A stretch of 64,000 nt of DNA from the NCBI RefSeq assembly GCF_006345805.1, contig NC_043019.1, forward strand, positions 19,901,360-19,965,359, in the 5' to 3' direction. Position 1 is the first letter of the stretch, and each line of letters opens with the position of its first letter. Made by a program: the position numbers and the translations under genes. Positions 34,701-49,700 of this stretch are shown one piece after another. The notes beneath the pieces are model-generated. The model ran no database searches, was not told the DNA's origin, and worked only from the letters and a program-made list of their open reading frames with translations. The stretch comes from Octopus sinensis. Taxonomy: Eukaryota.

Positions 34701-37700
34701 AAGTCTCAAAAGTTTTCAGGTTACAAAGTGTCAAAATGTTGCAAATGTGTACTTCAAAAACTACAAAAAATTTAGTGATCTGTTACGTAAAGATAAGTTA
34801 ACTGATTGATAATAAGCTTATATTTATCCAAGATATCACTAAAGTCTCAAAAGTTTTCAGGTTACAAAGTGTCAAAATGTTGCGAATGTGTAGTTGAAAA
34901 ACAACAAAAAATTTAGTGATCTGTTACGTAAAGATAAGTTAACTGATTGATAATAAGTTTATATTTATCCAAGATATCACAAAAGTCTCAAAAGTTTTCA
35001 GGTTACAAAGTGTCAAATGTGTACTTTAAAAACTACAAAAAATTTAGTGATCTCTTAGGTAAAGATAAGTTAACTGATTGATAATAAGTTTATATTTATC
35101 CAAGATATCACTAAAGTCTCAAAAGTTTTCAGGTTACAAAGTGTCAAAATGCTGCAAATGATTAGTTGAAAAACAACAAAAAATTTAGTGATCTCTTAGG
35201 TAAAGATAAGTTAACTGATTGATAATAAGCTTATATTTATCCAAGATATCACTAAAGTCTCAAAAGTTTTCAGGTTAGAAAGTGTCAAAATGTTGCAAAT
35301 ATGTACTTCAAAAACTACAAAAAATTTAGTGATCTCTTAGGTAAAGATAAGTTAACTGATTGATAATAAGTTTATATTTATCCAAGATATCACTAAAGTC
35401 TCAAAAGTTTTCAGGTTAGAAGGTGTCAAAATGTTGCAAATGTTTAGTTGAAAAACAACAAAAAATTTAGTGATGTGTTACGTAAAGATAAGTTAACTGC
35501 TTATATTTATCCAAGATATCACTTAAGTCTCAAAAGTTTTCAGGTTACAAAGTGTCAAAATGTTGCGAATGTGTAGTTAAAGAACAACAAAAAATTTGGA
35601 GATCTCTTAGGTAAAGATAAGTTAACTGATTGATAATAAGCTTATATTTATCCAAGATATCACTAAAGTCTCAAACGTTTTCAGGTTACAAAGTGTCAAA
35701 TGTGTACTTTAAAAACTACAACAAATTTAGTGATCTCTTAGGTAAAGATTAGTTAACTGATTGATAATAAGCTTATATTTATCCAAGATATCACTTAAGT
35801 CTCAAAAGTTTTCAGGTTCCAAGGTGTCAAAATGTTGCGATTGTGTAGTTGAAAAACAACAAAAAATTTGGAGATCTCTTAGGTAAAGATAAGTTAACTG
35901 ATTGATAATAAGCTTATATTTATCCAAGATATCACTAAAGTCTCAAAGGTTTTCAGGTTAGAAAGTGTCAAAATGTTGCAAATGTGTACTTCAAAAACTA
36001 CAAAAAATTTAGTGATCTGTTACATAAAGATAAGTTAACTGATTGATAATAAGCTTATATTTATCCAAGATATCACTAAAGTCTCAAAAGTTTTCAGGTT
36101 ACAAAGTGTCAAAATGTTGCGAATGTGTAGTTGAAAAACAACAAAAAATTTAGTGATCTGTTACGTAAAGATAAGTTAACTGATTGATAATAAGTTATAT
36201 TTATCCAAGATATCACTAAAGTCTCAAAAGTTTTCAGGTTACAAAGTGTCAAATGTGTACTTTAAAAACTACAAAAAATTTAGTGATCTTAACTGATTGA
36301 TAATAAGTTTATATTTATCCAAGATATCACTAAAGTCTCAAAAGTTTTCAGGTTACAAAGTGTCAAAATGTTGCGAATGTGTAGTTGAAACCCAACAAAA
36401 AATATAGTGATCTCTTAGGTAAAGATAAGTTAACTGATTGATAATAAGCTTATATTTATCCAAGATATCACTAAAGTCTCAAAAGTTTTCAGGTTAGAAA
36501 GTGTCAAAATGTTGCAAATGTGTACTTCAAAAACTACAAAAAATTTAGTGATCTCTTAGGTAAAGATAAGTTAACTGATTGATAAGTTTTTATTTATCCA
36601 AGATATCACTAAAGTCTCAAAAGTTTTCAGGTTAGAAGGTGTCAAAATGTTGCAAATGTTTAGTTGAAAAACAACAAAAAATTTAGTGATCTGTTACGTA
36701 AAGATAAGTTAACTGCTTATATTTATCCAAGATATCACTTAAGTCTCAAAAGTTTTCAGGTTACAAAGTGTCAAAATGTTGCGAATGTGTAGTTAAAGAA
36801 CAACAAAAAATTTGGAGATCTCTTAGGTAAAGATAAGTTAACTGATTGATAATAACCTTATATTTATCCAAGATATCACTAAAGTCTCAAAAGTTTTCAG
36901 GTTAGAAAGTGTCAAAATGTTGCAAATGTGTACTTCAAAAACTACAAAAAATTTAGTGATCTGTTACGTAAAGATAAGTTAACTGATTGATAATAAGCTT
37001 ATATTTATCCAAGATATCATTTAAGTCTCAAAAGTTTTCAGGTTACAAAATGTCAAAAGGTTGCGAATGTGTAGTTGAAAAACAAAAAATTTAGAGATCT
37101 CTTAGGTAAAGATAAGTTAACTGATTGATAATAAGCTTATATTTATCCAAGATATCACTTAAGTCTCAAAAGTTTTCAGGTTACAAAGTGTCAAAATGTT
37201 GCGAATGTGTAGTTGAAAAACAACAAAAAATTTAGTGATCTGTTACGTAAAGATAAGTTAACTGATTGATAATAAGTTTATATTTATCCAAGATATCACA
37301 AAAGTCTCAAAAGTTTTCAGGTTACAAGTGTCAAATGTGTACTACAAAAAATTTTGTGATCTCTTAGGTAAAGATAAGTTAACTGATTGATAATAAGTTA
37401 TATTTATCCAAGATATCACTAAAGTCTCAAAAGTTTTCAGGTTACAAGTGTCAAAATGCTGCAATGATTAGTTGAAAAACAACAAAAATTTAGTGATCTC
37501 TTAGGTAAAGATAAGTTAACTGATTGATAATAAGCTTATATTCTATAAGGTATCACTAAAGTCTCAAAAGTTTTCAGGTTACAAAGTGTCAAAATGTTGC
37601 AATGTGTACTTCAAAAACTAAAAAAATTTAGTGATCTCTTAGTAAAGATAACTTAACTGATTGATAATAAGCTTATATTTATCCAAGATATACATAAGTC

Positions 37701-40700
37701 TCAAAAGTTTTCAGGTTACAAAGTGTCAAAATGTGCGAATGTGTAGTTGAAACCCAAGAAAAAATATAGTGATCTCTTAGGTAAAGATAAGTTAACTGAT
37801 TGATAATAAGCTTATATTTATCCAAGATATCACTAAAGTCTCAAAAGTTTTCAGGTTACAAAGTTCAAAATGTTGCGAATGTGTAGTTGAAAAACAACAT
37901 AAAAATTTAGAGATCTTTGAGGTAAAGATAAGTTAACTGATTGATAATAAGCTTATATTTATCCAAGATATCACTAAAGTCTCAAAAGTTTTCAGGTTAG
38001 AAAGTGTCAAAATGTTGCAAATGTGTACTTCAAAAACTACAAAAAATTTAGTGATCTCTTAGGTAAAGATAAGTTAACTGATTGATAATAAGTTTATATT
38101 TATCCAAGATATCACTAAAGTCTCAAAAGTTTTCAGGTTAGAAGGTGTCAAAATGTTGCAAATGTTTAGTTGAAAAACAACAAAAAATTTAGTGATCTCT
38201 TAGGTAAAGATAAGTTAACTGATTGATAATAAGCTTATATTTATCCAAGATAACACTTAAGTCTCAAAACTTTTCAGGTTACAAGGTGTCAAAATGTTGC
38301 GAATGTGTAGTTGAAAAACAACAAAAAATTTAGTGATCTGTTATGTAAAGATAAGTTAACTGATTGATAATAAGCTTATATTTATCCAAGATATCACTAA
38401 AGTCTCAAAAGTTTTCAGGTTACAAAGTGTCAAAATGTTGCAAATATGTACTTCAAAAACTACAAAAAATTTAGTGATCTGTTACGTAAAGATAAGTTAA
38501 CTGATTGATAATAAGCTTATATTTATCCAAGATATCACTAAAGTCTCAAAAGTTTTCAGGTTACAAAGTGTCAAAATGTTGCGAATGTGTAGTTGAAAAA
38601 CAACAAAAAATTTAGTGATCTGTTACGTAAAGATAAGTTAACTGATTGATAATAAGCTTATATTTATCCAAGATATCACTTAAGTCTCAAAAGTTTTCAG
38701 GTTACAAGGTGTCAAAATGTTGCGAATGTGTAGTTGAAAAACAAGAAAAAATTTAGTGATCTGGTACGTAAAGATAAGTTAACTGATTGATAATAAGTTT
38801 ATATTTATCCAAGATATCACAAAAGTCTCAAAAGTTTTCAGGTTACAAAGTGTCAAATGTGTACTTTAAAAACTACAAAAGATTTAGTGATCTCTTAGGT
38901 AAAGATAAGTTAACTGATTGATAATAAGTTTATATTTATCCAAGATATCACTAAAGTCTCAAAAGTTTTCAGGTTACAAAGTGTCAAAATGCTGCAAATG
39001 ATTAGTTGAAAAACAACAAAAAATTTAGTGATCTCTTAGGTAAAGATAAGTTAACTGATTGATAATAAGCTTATATTTATCCAAGATATCACTAAAGTCT
39101 CAAAAGTTTTCAGGTTACAAAGTTTCAAAATGTTGCGAATGTGTAGTTGAAAAACAACATAAAAATTTAGAGATCTTTGAGTAAAGATAAGTTAACTGAT
39201 TGATAATAAGCTTATATTTATCCAAGATATCACTAAAGTCTCAAAAGTTTTCAGGTTAGAAAGTGTCAAAATGTTGCAAATGTGTACTTCAAAAACTACA
39301 AAAAATTTAGTGATCTCTTAGGTAAAGATAAGTTAACTGATTGATAATAAGCTTATATTTATCCAAGATATCACTAAAGTCTCAAAAGTTTTCAGGTTAC
39401 AAAGTGTCAAAATGTTGCAAATGTGTAGTTGAAAAACAATAAAAAATTTAGTGATCTGTTACGTAAAGATAAGTTAACTGATTGATAATAAGCTTATATT
39501 TATCCAAGATATCACTAAAGTCGCAAAAGTTTTCAGGTTACAAAGTGTCAAAATGTTGCGAATGTGTAGTTGAAAAACAACAAAAAATTTAGTGATCTGT
39601 TACGTAAAGATAAGTTAACTGATTGATAATAAGCTTATATTTATCCAAGATATCACTAAGTCTCAAAAGTTTTCAGGTTACAAGGTGTCAAAATGTTGCG
39701 AATGTGTAGTTGAAAAACAAGAAAAAATTTAGTGATCTGGTACGTAAAGATAAGTTAACTGATTGATAATAAGTTTATTTTATATTTATCCAAGATATCA
39801 CAAAAGTCTCAAAAGTTTTCAGGTTACAAAGTGTCAAATTGTACTTTAAAAACTACAAAAATTTAGTGATCTCTTAGGTAAAGATATGTTAACTGATTGA
39901 TAATAAGTTTATATTTATCCAAGATATCACTAAAGTCTCAAAAGTTTTCAGGTTACAAAGTGTCAAAATGTTGCAAATGATTAGTTGAAAAACAACAAAA
40001 ATTTAGTGATCTCTTAGTAAAGATAAGTTAACTGATTGATAAAGCTTATATTTATCCAAGATATCACTTAAGTCTCAAAAGTTTTCAGGTTACAAGGTGT
40101 CAAAATGTTGCGAATGTGTAGTTGAAAAAACAAAAAATTTAGTGATCTGTTATGGTAAAGATAAGTTAACTGATTGATAATAAGCTTATATTATCCAAGA
40201 TATCACTAAAGTCTCAAAAGTTTTCAGGTTACAAAGTGTCAAAATGTTGCAAATATTACTTCAAAAAACAAAAAATTAGTGATCTGTTACGTAAAGATAA
40301 GTTAACTGATTGATAATAAGCTTTATTTATCCAAGATATCACTAAAGTCTTAAAAGTTTTCAGGTTACAAAGTGTCAAAATGTTGCGAATGTGTAGTTGA
40401 AAAACAACAAAAAATTAGTGATCTGTTACGTAAAGATAAGTTAACTGATTGATAATAAGCTTATATTTATCCAAGATATCACTAAAGTCTCAAATTTTCA
40501 GGTTACAAGGTGTCAAAATGTTGCGAATGTGTAGTTGAAAAACAACAAAAATTTAGTGATCTGTTACGTAAAGATAAGTTAACTGATTGATAATAAGTTA
40601 TATTTATCCAAGATATCACAAAGTCTCAAAAGTTTTCAGGTTACAAAGTGTCAAATGTGTACTTTAAAAACTACAAAAATTTAGTGATCTCATAGGTAAA

Positions 40701-43700
40701 GATAAGTTAACTGATTGATAATAAGTTTATATTTATCCAAGATATCACTAAAGTCTCAAAAGTTTTCAGGTTACAAAGTGTCAAAATGCTGCAAATGATA
40801 GTTGAAAAACAACAAAAAATTTAGTGATCTCTTAGGTAAAGATAAGTTAAATGATTGATAATAAGCTTATATTTATATAAGGTATCACTAAAGTCTCAAA
40901 TTTTCAGGTTACAAAGTGTCAAAATGTTGCAAATGTGTACTTCAAAAACTAAAAATTTAGTGATCTCTTAGGTAAAGATCACTTAACTGATTGATAATAA
41001 GCTTATATTTATCCAAGATATCACACAGTCTCAAAAGTTTTCAGGTTACAAAGTGTCAAAATGTTGCGAATGTGTAGTTGAAACCCAAAAAAAATTAGTG
41101 ATCTCTTAGGTAAAGATAAGTTAACTGATTGATAATAAGCTTATATTTATCCAAGATATCACTAAAGTCTCAAAAGTTTTCAGGTTACAAAGTTTCAAAA
41201 TGTTGCGAATGTGTAGTTGAAAAACAACATAAAATTTAGAGATCTTTGAGGTAAAGATAAGTTAACTGATTGATAATAAGCTTATATTTATCCAAGATAT
41301 CACAAAGTCTCAAAAGTTTTCAGGTTAGAAAGTGTCAATGTTGCAATGTGTACTTCAAAACACAAAAAATTTAGTGATCTCTTAGGTAAAGATAAGTTAA
41401 CTGATTGATAATAAGTTTATATTTATCCAAGATATCACTAAAGTCTCAAAAGTTTTCAGGTTAAAAGTGTCAAAATGTTGCAAATGTTTAGTTGAAAAAC
41501 AACAAAAATTTAGTGATCTCTTAGGTAAAGATAAGTTAACTGATTGATAATAAGCTTATATTTATCCAAGATAACACTAAGTCTCAAAACTTTTCAGGTT
41601 ACAAGTGTCAAAATGTTGCGAATGTGTAGTTGAAAACACAAAAAATTTAGTGATCTGTTATGTAAAGATAAGTTAACTGATTGATAATAAGCTTATATTT
41701 ATCCAAGATATCACTAAAGTCTCAAAAGTTTTCAGGTTACAAAGTGTCAAAATGTTGCAAATATGTACTTGAAACTACAAAAATTTAGTGATCTGTTACG
41801 TAAAGATAAGTTAACTGATTGATAATAAGCTTATATTTATCCAAGATATCACTAAGTCTCAAAAGTTTTCAGGTTACAAAGTGTCAAATGTTTGCGAATG
41901 TGTAGTTGAAAAACAACAAAAATTTAGTGATCTGTTACGTAAAGATAAGTTAACTGATTGATAATAAGCGTATATTTATCCAAGATATCACTTAAGTCTC
42001 AAAAGTTTTCAGGTTACAAGGTGTCAAAATATTGCGAATGTGTAGTTAAAAACAAGAAAATTTAGTGATCTGGTACGTAAAGATAAGTTAACTGATTGAT
42101 AATAAGTTTATATTTATCCAAGATATCACAAAGTCTCAAAAGTTTTCAGGTTACAAAAAATTGTCAAATGTGTACTTTAAAAACTACAAAAAATTTAGTG
42201 ATCTCTTAGGTAAAGATAAGTTAACTGATTGATAATAAGTTTATATTTATCGAAGATATCACTAAGTCTCAAAAGTTTTCAGTTACAAGTGTCAAAATGC
42301 TGCAATGATTAGTTGAAAAACAACAAAAAATTTAGTGATCTCTTAGGTAAAGATAAGTTAACTGATTGATAATAAGCTTATATTTATCCAAGATATCACT
42401 AAAGTCTCAAAAGTTTTCAGGTTACAAAGTTTCAAAATGTTGCGAATGTGTAGTTGAAAACAACATAAAATTTAGTGATCTTTGAGGTAAAGATAAGTTA
42501 CTGATTGATAATAAGCTTATATTTATCCAAGATATCACTAAGTCTCAAAAGTTTTCAGGTTAGAAAGTGTCAAAATGTTGCAATGTGTAGTTTCAAAAAC
42601 TACAAAAATTTAGTGATCTCTTAGGTAAAGATAAGTTAACTGATTGATAATACTTATATTTATCCAGATATCACTAAAGTCTCAAAAGTTTTCAGGTTAC
42701 AATGTGTCAAAATGTTGCAAATGAGTAGTTTGAAAACAAACAAAATTTAGTGATCTCTTAGGTAAAGATAAGTTAACTGATTGATAATAAGCTTATATTT
42801 ATCCAAGATACACTTAAGTCTCAAAACTTTTCAGGTTACAAAGTGTCAAAATGTTGCGANNNNNNNNNNNNNNNNNNNNNNNNNNNNNNNNNNNNNNNNN
42901 NNNNNNNNNNNNNNNNNNNNNNNNNNNNNNNNNNNNNNNNNNNNNNNNNNNNNNNNNNNAACTGATTGATAATAAGCTTTATTTATCCAAGATATCACTA
43001 AAGTCTCAAAAGTTTTCAGGTTACAAGTGTCAAAATGCTGCAAATGATTAGTTGAAAAACAACAAAAAATTTAGTGATCTCTTAGGTAAAGATAAGTTAA
43101 CTGATTGATAATAAGCTTATATTTATATAAGGTATCACTAAAGTCTCAAAAGTTTTCAGGTTACAAAGTGTCAAAATGTTGCAAATGTGTACTTCAAAAA
43201 CTAAAAAAATTTAGTGATCTCTTAGGTAAAGATAACTTAACTGATTGATAATAAGCTTATATTTATCCAAGATATAACATAAGTCTCAAAAGTTTTCAGG
43301 TTACAAAGTGTCAAAATGTTGCGAATGTTAGTTGAAACCCAAGAAAAAATATAGTGATCTCTTAGGTAAAGATAAGTTAACTGATTGATAATAAGCTTAT
43401 ATTTATCCAAGATATCACTAAAGTCTCAAAAGTTTTCAGGTTACAAAGTTTCAAAATGTTGCGAATGTGTAGTTGAAAAACAACATAAAAATTTAGGATC
43501 TTTGAGGTAAAGATAAGTTAACTGATTGATAATAAGCTTATATTTATCCAAGATATCACTAAAGTCTCAAAAGTTTTCAGGTTAGAAGTGTCAAAATGTT
43601 GCAAATGTGTACTTAAAAAAACTACAAAAAATTTAGTGATCTCTTAGGTAAAGATAAGTTAACTGATTGATAATAAGTTTATATTTATCCAAGATATCAC

Positions 43701-46700
43701 TAAAGTCTCAAAAGTTTTCAGGTTAGAAGGTGTCAAAATGTTGCAAATGTTTAGTTGAAAAACAACAAAAAATTTAGTGATCTCTTAGGTAAAGATAAGT
43801 TAACTGATTGATAATAAGCTTATATTTATCCAAGATAACACTTAAGTCTCAAAACTTTTCAGGTTACAAAGTGTCAAAATGTTGCAAATATGTACTTCAA
43901 AAACTACAAAAAATTTAGTGATCTGTTACGTAAAGATAAGTTAACTGATTGATAATAAGCTTATATTTATCCAAGATATCACTAAAGTCTCAAAAGTTTT
44001 CAGGTTACAAAGTGTCAAATGTGTACTTTAAAAAACAAAAATTTAGTGATCTCTTAGGTAAAGATAAGTTAACTGATTGATAATAAGTTTATATTTATCC
44101 AAGATATCACTAAAGTCTCAAAAGTTTTCAGGTTACAAAGTGTCAAAATGCTGCAAATGATTAGTTGAAAAACACAAAAAAATTAGTGATCTCTTAGGTA
44201 AAGATAAGTTAACTGATTGATAATAAGCTTATATTTATATAAGGTATCACTAAAGTCTCAAAAGTTTTCAGGTTACAAAGTGTCAAAATGTTGCAAATGT
44301 TACTTCAAACTAAAAAAATTTAGTGATCTCTTAGGTAAAGATAACTTAACTGATTGATAATAAGCTTATATATCCAAGATATCACATAAGTCTCAAAAGT
44401 TTTCAGGTTACAAAGTGTCAAATGTTGCGAATGTGTAGTTGAAACCCAAGAAAAAATATGTGATCTCTTAGGTAAAGATAAGTTAACTGATTGATAATAA
44501 GCTTATATTTATCCAAGATATCACTAAAGTCTCAAAAGTTTTCAGGTTACAAAGTTTCAAAATGTTGCGAATGTGTAGTTGAAAAACACATAAAAATTTA
44601 GAGATCTTTAGGTAAAGATAAGTTAACTGATTGATAATAAGCTTATATTTATCCAAGATATCACTAAAGTCTCAAAAGTTTTCAGGTTAGAAAGTGTCAA
44701 ATGTTGCAAATGTGTACTTCAAAAACTACAAAAAATTTAGTGATCTGTTACGTAAAGATAAGTTAACTGATTGATAATAAGCTTATATTTATCCAAGATA
44801 TCACTAAAGTCTCAAAAGTTTTCAGGTTAGAAGGTGTCAAAATGTTGCAAATGTTTAGTTGAAAAACAACAAAAAATTTAGTGATCTCTTAGGTAAAGAT
44901 AAGTTAACTGATTGATAATAAGCTTATATTTATCCAAGATATCACTTAAGTCTCAAAAGTTTTCAGGTTACAAGGTGTCAAAATGTTGCGAATGTGTAGT
45001 TGAAAAACAACAAAAAATTTAGTGATCTGTTACGTAAAGATAAGTTAACTGATTGATAATAAGTTTATATTTATCCAAGATATCACAAAAGTCTCAAAAG
45101 TTTTCAGGTTACAAAGTGTCAAATGTGTACTTTAAAAACTACAAAAAATTTAGTGATCTCTTAGGTAAAGATAAGTTAACTGATTGATAATAAGTTTATA
45201 TTTATCCAAGATATCACTAAAGTCTCAAAAGTTTTCAGGTTACAAAGTGTCAAAATGCTGCAAATGATTAGTTGAAAAACAACAAAAAATTTAGTGATCT
45301 CTTAGGTAAAGATAAGTTAACTGATTGATAATAAGCTTATATTTATATAAGGTATCACTAAAGTCTCAAAAGTTTTCAGGTTACAAAGTGTCAAAATGTT
45401 GCAAATGTGTACTTCAAAAACTAAAAAAATTTAGTGATCTCTTAGGTAAAGATAACTTAACTGATTGATAATAAGCTTATATTTATCCAAGATATAACAT
45501 AAGTCTCAAAAGTTTTCAGGTTACAAAGTGTCAAAATGTTGCGAATGTGTAGTTGAAACCCAAGAAAAAATATAGTGATCTCTTAGGTAAAGATAAGTTA
45601 ACTGATTGATAATAAGCTTATATTTATCCAAGATATCACTAAAGTCTCAAAAGTTTTCAGGTTACAAAGTTTCAAAATGTTGCGAATGTGTAGTTGAAAA
45701 ACAACATAAAAATTTAGAGATCTTTGAGGTAAAGATAAGTTAACTGATTGATAATAAGCTTATATTTATCCAAGATATCACTAAAGTCTCAAAAGTTTTC
45801 AGGTTAGAAAGTGTCAAAATGTTGCAAATGTGTACTTCAAAAACTACAAAAAATTTAGTGATCTCTTAGGTAAAGATAAGTTAACTGATTGATAATAAGT
45901 TTATATTTATCCAAGATATCACTAAAGTCTCAAAAGTTTTCAGGTTAGAAGGTGTCAAAATGTTGCAAATGTTTAGTTGAAAAACAACAAAAAATTTAGT
46001 GATCTCTTAGGTAAAGATAAGTTAACTGATTGATAATAAGCTTATATTTATCCAAGATATCACTAAAGTCTCAAAAGTTTTCAGGTTACAAAGTGTCAAA
46101 ATGTTGCAAATGTGTAGTTGAAAAACAATAAAAAATTTAGTGATCTGTTACGTAAAGATAAGTTAACTGATTGATAATAAGCTTATATTTATCCAAGATA
46201 ACACTTAAGTCTCAAAACTTTTCAGGTTACAAGGTGTCAAAATGTTGCGAATGTGTAGTTGAAAAACAACAAAAAATTTAGTGATCTGTTATGTAAAGAT
46301 AAGTTAACTGATTGATAATAAGCTTATATTTATCCAAGATATCACTAAAGTCTCAAAAGTTTTCAGGTTACAAAGTGTCAAAATGTTGCAAATATGTACT
46401 TCAAAAACTACAAAAAATTTAGTGATCTGTTACGTAAAGATAAGTTAACTGATTGATAATAAGCTTATATTTATCCAAGATATCACTAAAGTCTCAAAAG
46501 TTTTCAGGTTAGAAGGTGTCAAAATGTTGCAAATGTTTAGTTGAAAAACAACAAAAAATTTAGTGATCTCTTAGGTAAAGATAAGTTAACTGATTGATAA
46601 TAAGTTTATATTTATCCAAGATATCACTAAAGTCTCAAAAGTTTTCAGGTTAGAAGGTGTCAAAATGTTGCAAATGTTTAGTTGAAAAACAACAAAAAAT

Positions 46701-49700
46701 TTAGTGATCTCTTAGGTAAAGATAAGTTAACTGATTGATAATAAGCTTATATTTATCCAAGATATCACTAAAGTCTCAAAAGTTTTCAGGTTACAAAGTG
46801 TCAAAATGTTGCAAATGTGTAGTTGAAAAATAAAAAATTTAGTGATCTGTTACGTAAAGATAAGTTAACTGATTGATAATAAGCTTATATTTATCCAAGA
46901 TAACACTAAGTCTCAAACTTTTCAGGTTACAAGTGTCAAAATGTTGCGAATGTGTAGTTGAAAACAACAAAAAATTTAGTGATCTTTATGTAAAGATAAG
47001 TTAACTGATTGATAATAAGCTTATATTTATCCAAGATATCACTAAAGTCTCAAAAGTTTTCAGGTTACAAAGTGTCAAAATGTTGCAAATATGTACTTCA
47101 AAAACTACAAAAAATTTAGTGATCTGTTACGTAAAGATAAGTTAACTGATTGATAATAAGCTTATATTTATCCAAGATATCACTAAAGTCTCAAAAGTTT
47201 TCAGGTTACAAAGTTTTAAAATGTTGCGAATGTGTAGTTGAAAAACAACATAAAAATTTAGAGATCTTTGAGGTAAAGATAAGTTAACTGATTGATAATA
47301 AGCTTATATTTATCCAAGATATCACTAAAGTCTCAAAAGTTTTCAGGTTAGAAAGTGTCAAAATGTTGCAAATGTGTACTTCAAAAACTACAAAAAATTT
47401 AGTGATCTCTTAGGTAAAGATAAGTTAACTGATTGATAATAAGTTTATATTTATCCAAGATATCACTAAAGTCTCAAAAGTTTTCAGGTTAGAAGGTGTC
47501 AAAATGTTGCAATGTTTAGTTGAAAACAACAAAAAATTAGTGATCTCTTAGGTAAAGATAAGTTAACTGATTGATAATAAGCTTATATTTATCCAAGATA
47601 TCACTAAAGTCTCAAAAGTTTTCAGGTTACAAAGTGTCAAAATTTGCAAATGTGTAGTTGAAAAACAATAAAAAATTTAGTGATCTGTTACGTAAAGATA
47701 AGTTAACTGATTGATAATAACTTATATTTATCCAAGATAACACTTAAGTCTCAAAAGTTTTCAGGTTAGGTTGTCAAAATGTGTTGCGAATGGTAGTTTT
47801 GAAAAACAACAAAAATTTAGTGATCTGTTATGTAAGATAAGTTAACTGATTGATAATAAGCTTATATTTATCCAAGATATCACTAAAGTCTCAAAAGTTT
47901 TCAGGTTACAAAGTGTCAAAATGTTGCAAATATGTACTTCAAAAACTACAAAAAATTTAGTGATCTGTTACGTAAAGATAAGTTACTGATTGATAATAAG
48001 CTTATATTTATCCAAGATATCACTAAAGTCTCAAAGTTTTCAGGTTACAAAGTGTCAAAATGTTGCGAATGTTTAGTTGAAAACAACAAAAATTTAGTGA
48101 TCTGTTACGTAAAGATAATGTTAACTGATTGATAATAGCTTATATTTATTGATCCAAGATATCACTTAAGTCTCAAAAGTTTTCAGGTTACAAGGTGTCA
48201 AAATGTTGCGAATGTGTAGTTGAAAAACAACAAAAATTTAGTGATCTGTTACGTAAAGATAAGTTAACTGATTGATAATAAGTTTATATTTATCCAAGAT
48301 ATCACAAAAGTCTCAAAAGTTTTCAGGTTACAAAGTGTCAAATGTGACTTTAAAAACTACAAAAAATTTAGTGATCTCTTAGGTAAAGATAAGTTAACTG
48401 ATTGATAATAAGTTTATATTTATCCAAGATATCACTAAAGTCTCAAAAGTTTTCAGGTTACAAAGTGTCAAAATGCTGCAAATGATTAGTTGAAAACAAC
48501 AAAAAATTAGTGATCTCTTAGGTAAAGATAAGTTAACTGATTGATAATAAGCTTATATTTATATAGGTATCACTAAGTCTCAAAAGTTTTCAGGTACAAA
48601 GTGTCAAAATGTTGCAAATGTGTACTTCAAAAACTAAAAAAATTTAGTGATCTCTTAGGTAAAGATAACTTAACTGATTGATTAAGCTTATATTTATCCA
48701 AGATATACATAAGTCTCAAAAGTTTTCAGGTTACAAAGTGTTAAAATGTTGCGAATGTGTAGTTTTAACCCAAGAAAAAATTTAGTGATCTCTTAGGTAA
48801 AGATAAGTTAACTGATTGATAATAAGCTTATATTTATCCAAGATATCACTAAAGTCTCAAAAGTTTTCAGGTTACAAAGTTTCAAAATGTTGCGAATGTG
48901 TAGTTGAAAAACAACATAAAAATTTAGATCTTTTGAGTAAAGATAAGTTACTGATTGATAATAAGCTTATATTTATCCAAGATATCACTAAAGTCTCAAA
49001 AGTTTTCAGGTTAGAAAGTGTCAAAATGTTGCAAATGTGTAGTCAAAACTACAAAAAATTTAGTGATCTCTTAGGTAAAGATAAGTTAACTGATTGATAT
49101 AAGTTTATATTTATCCAAGATATCACTAAGTCTCAAAAGTTTTCAGGTTAGAAGGTGTCAAAATGTTCAATGTTTAGTTGAAAAACAACAAAAATTTAGT
49201 GATCTCTTAGGTAAAGATAAGTTAACTGATTGATAATAAGCTATATTTATCCAAGATATCACTAAAGTCTCAAAAGTTTTCAGGTTACAAGTGTCAAATG
49301 TTGCAAATGTGTAGTTGAAAAACAATAAAAAATTTAGTGATCTGTTACGTAAAGATAAGTTAACTGATTGATAATAAGCTTATATTATCCAAGATAACAC
49401 TTAAGTCTCAAACTTTTCAGGTTACAAGGTTCAAATGTTGCGAATGTGTAGTTGAAAAACAACAAAAAATTTAGTGATCTGTTATGTAAAGATAAGTTAA
49501 CTGATTGATAATAAGCTTATATTTATCCAAGATATCACTAAAGTCTCAAAAGTTTTCAGGTTACAAAGTGTCAAAATGTTGCAAATATGTACTTCAAAAA
49601 CTACAAAAAATTTAGTGATCTGTTACGTAAAGATAAGTTAACTGATTGATAATAAGCTTATATTTATCCAAGATATCACTTAAGTCTCAAAAGTTTTCAG

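Noticed and set aside
42781-43051. ORFs spanning the N run
   Set aside because: Artefacts of translating Ns as X.
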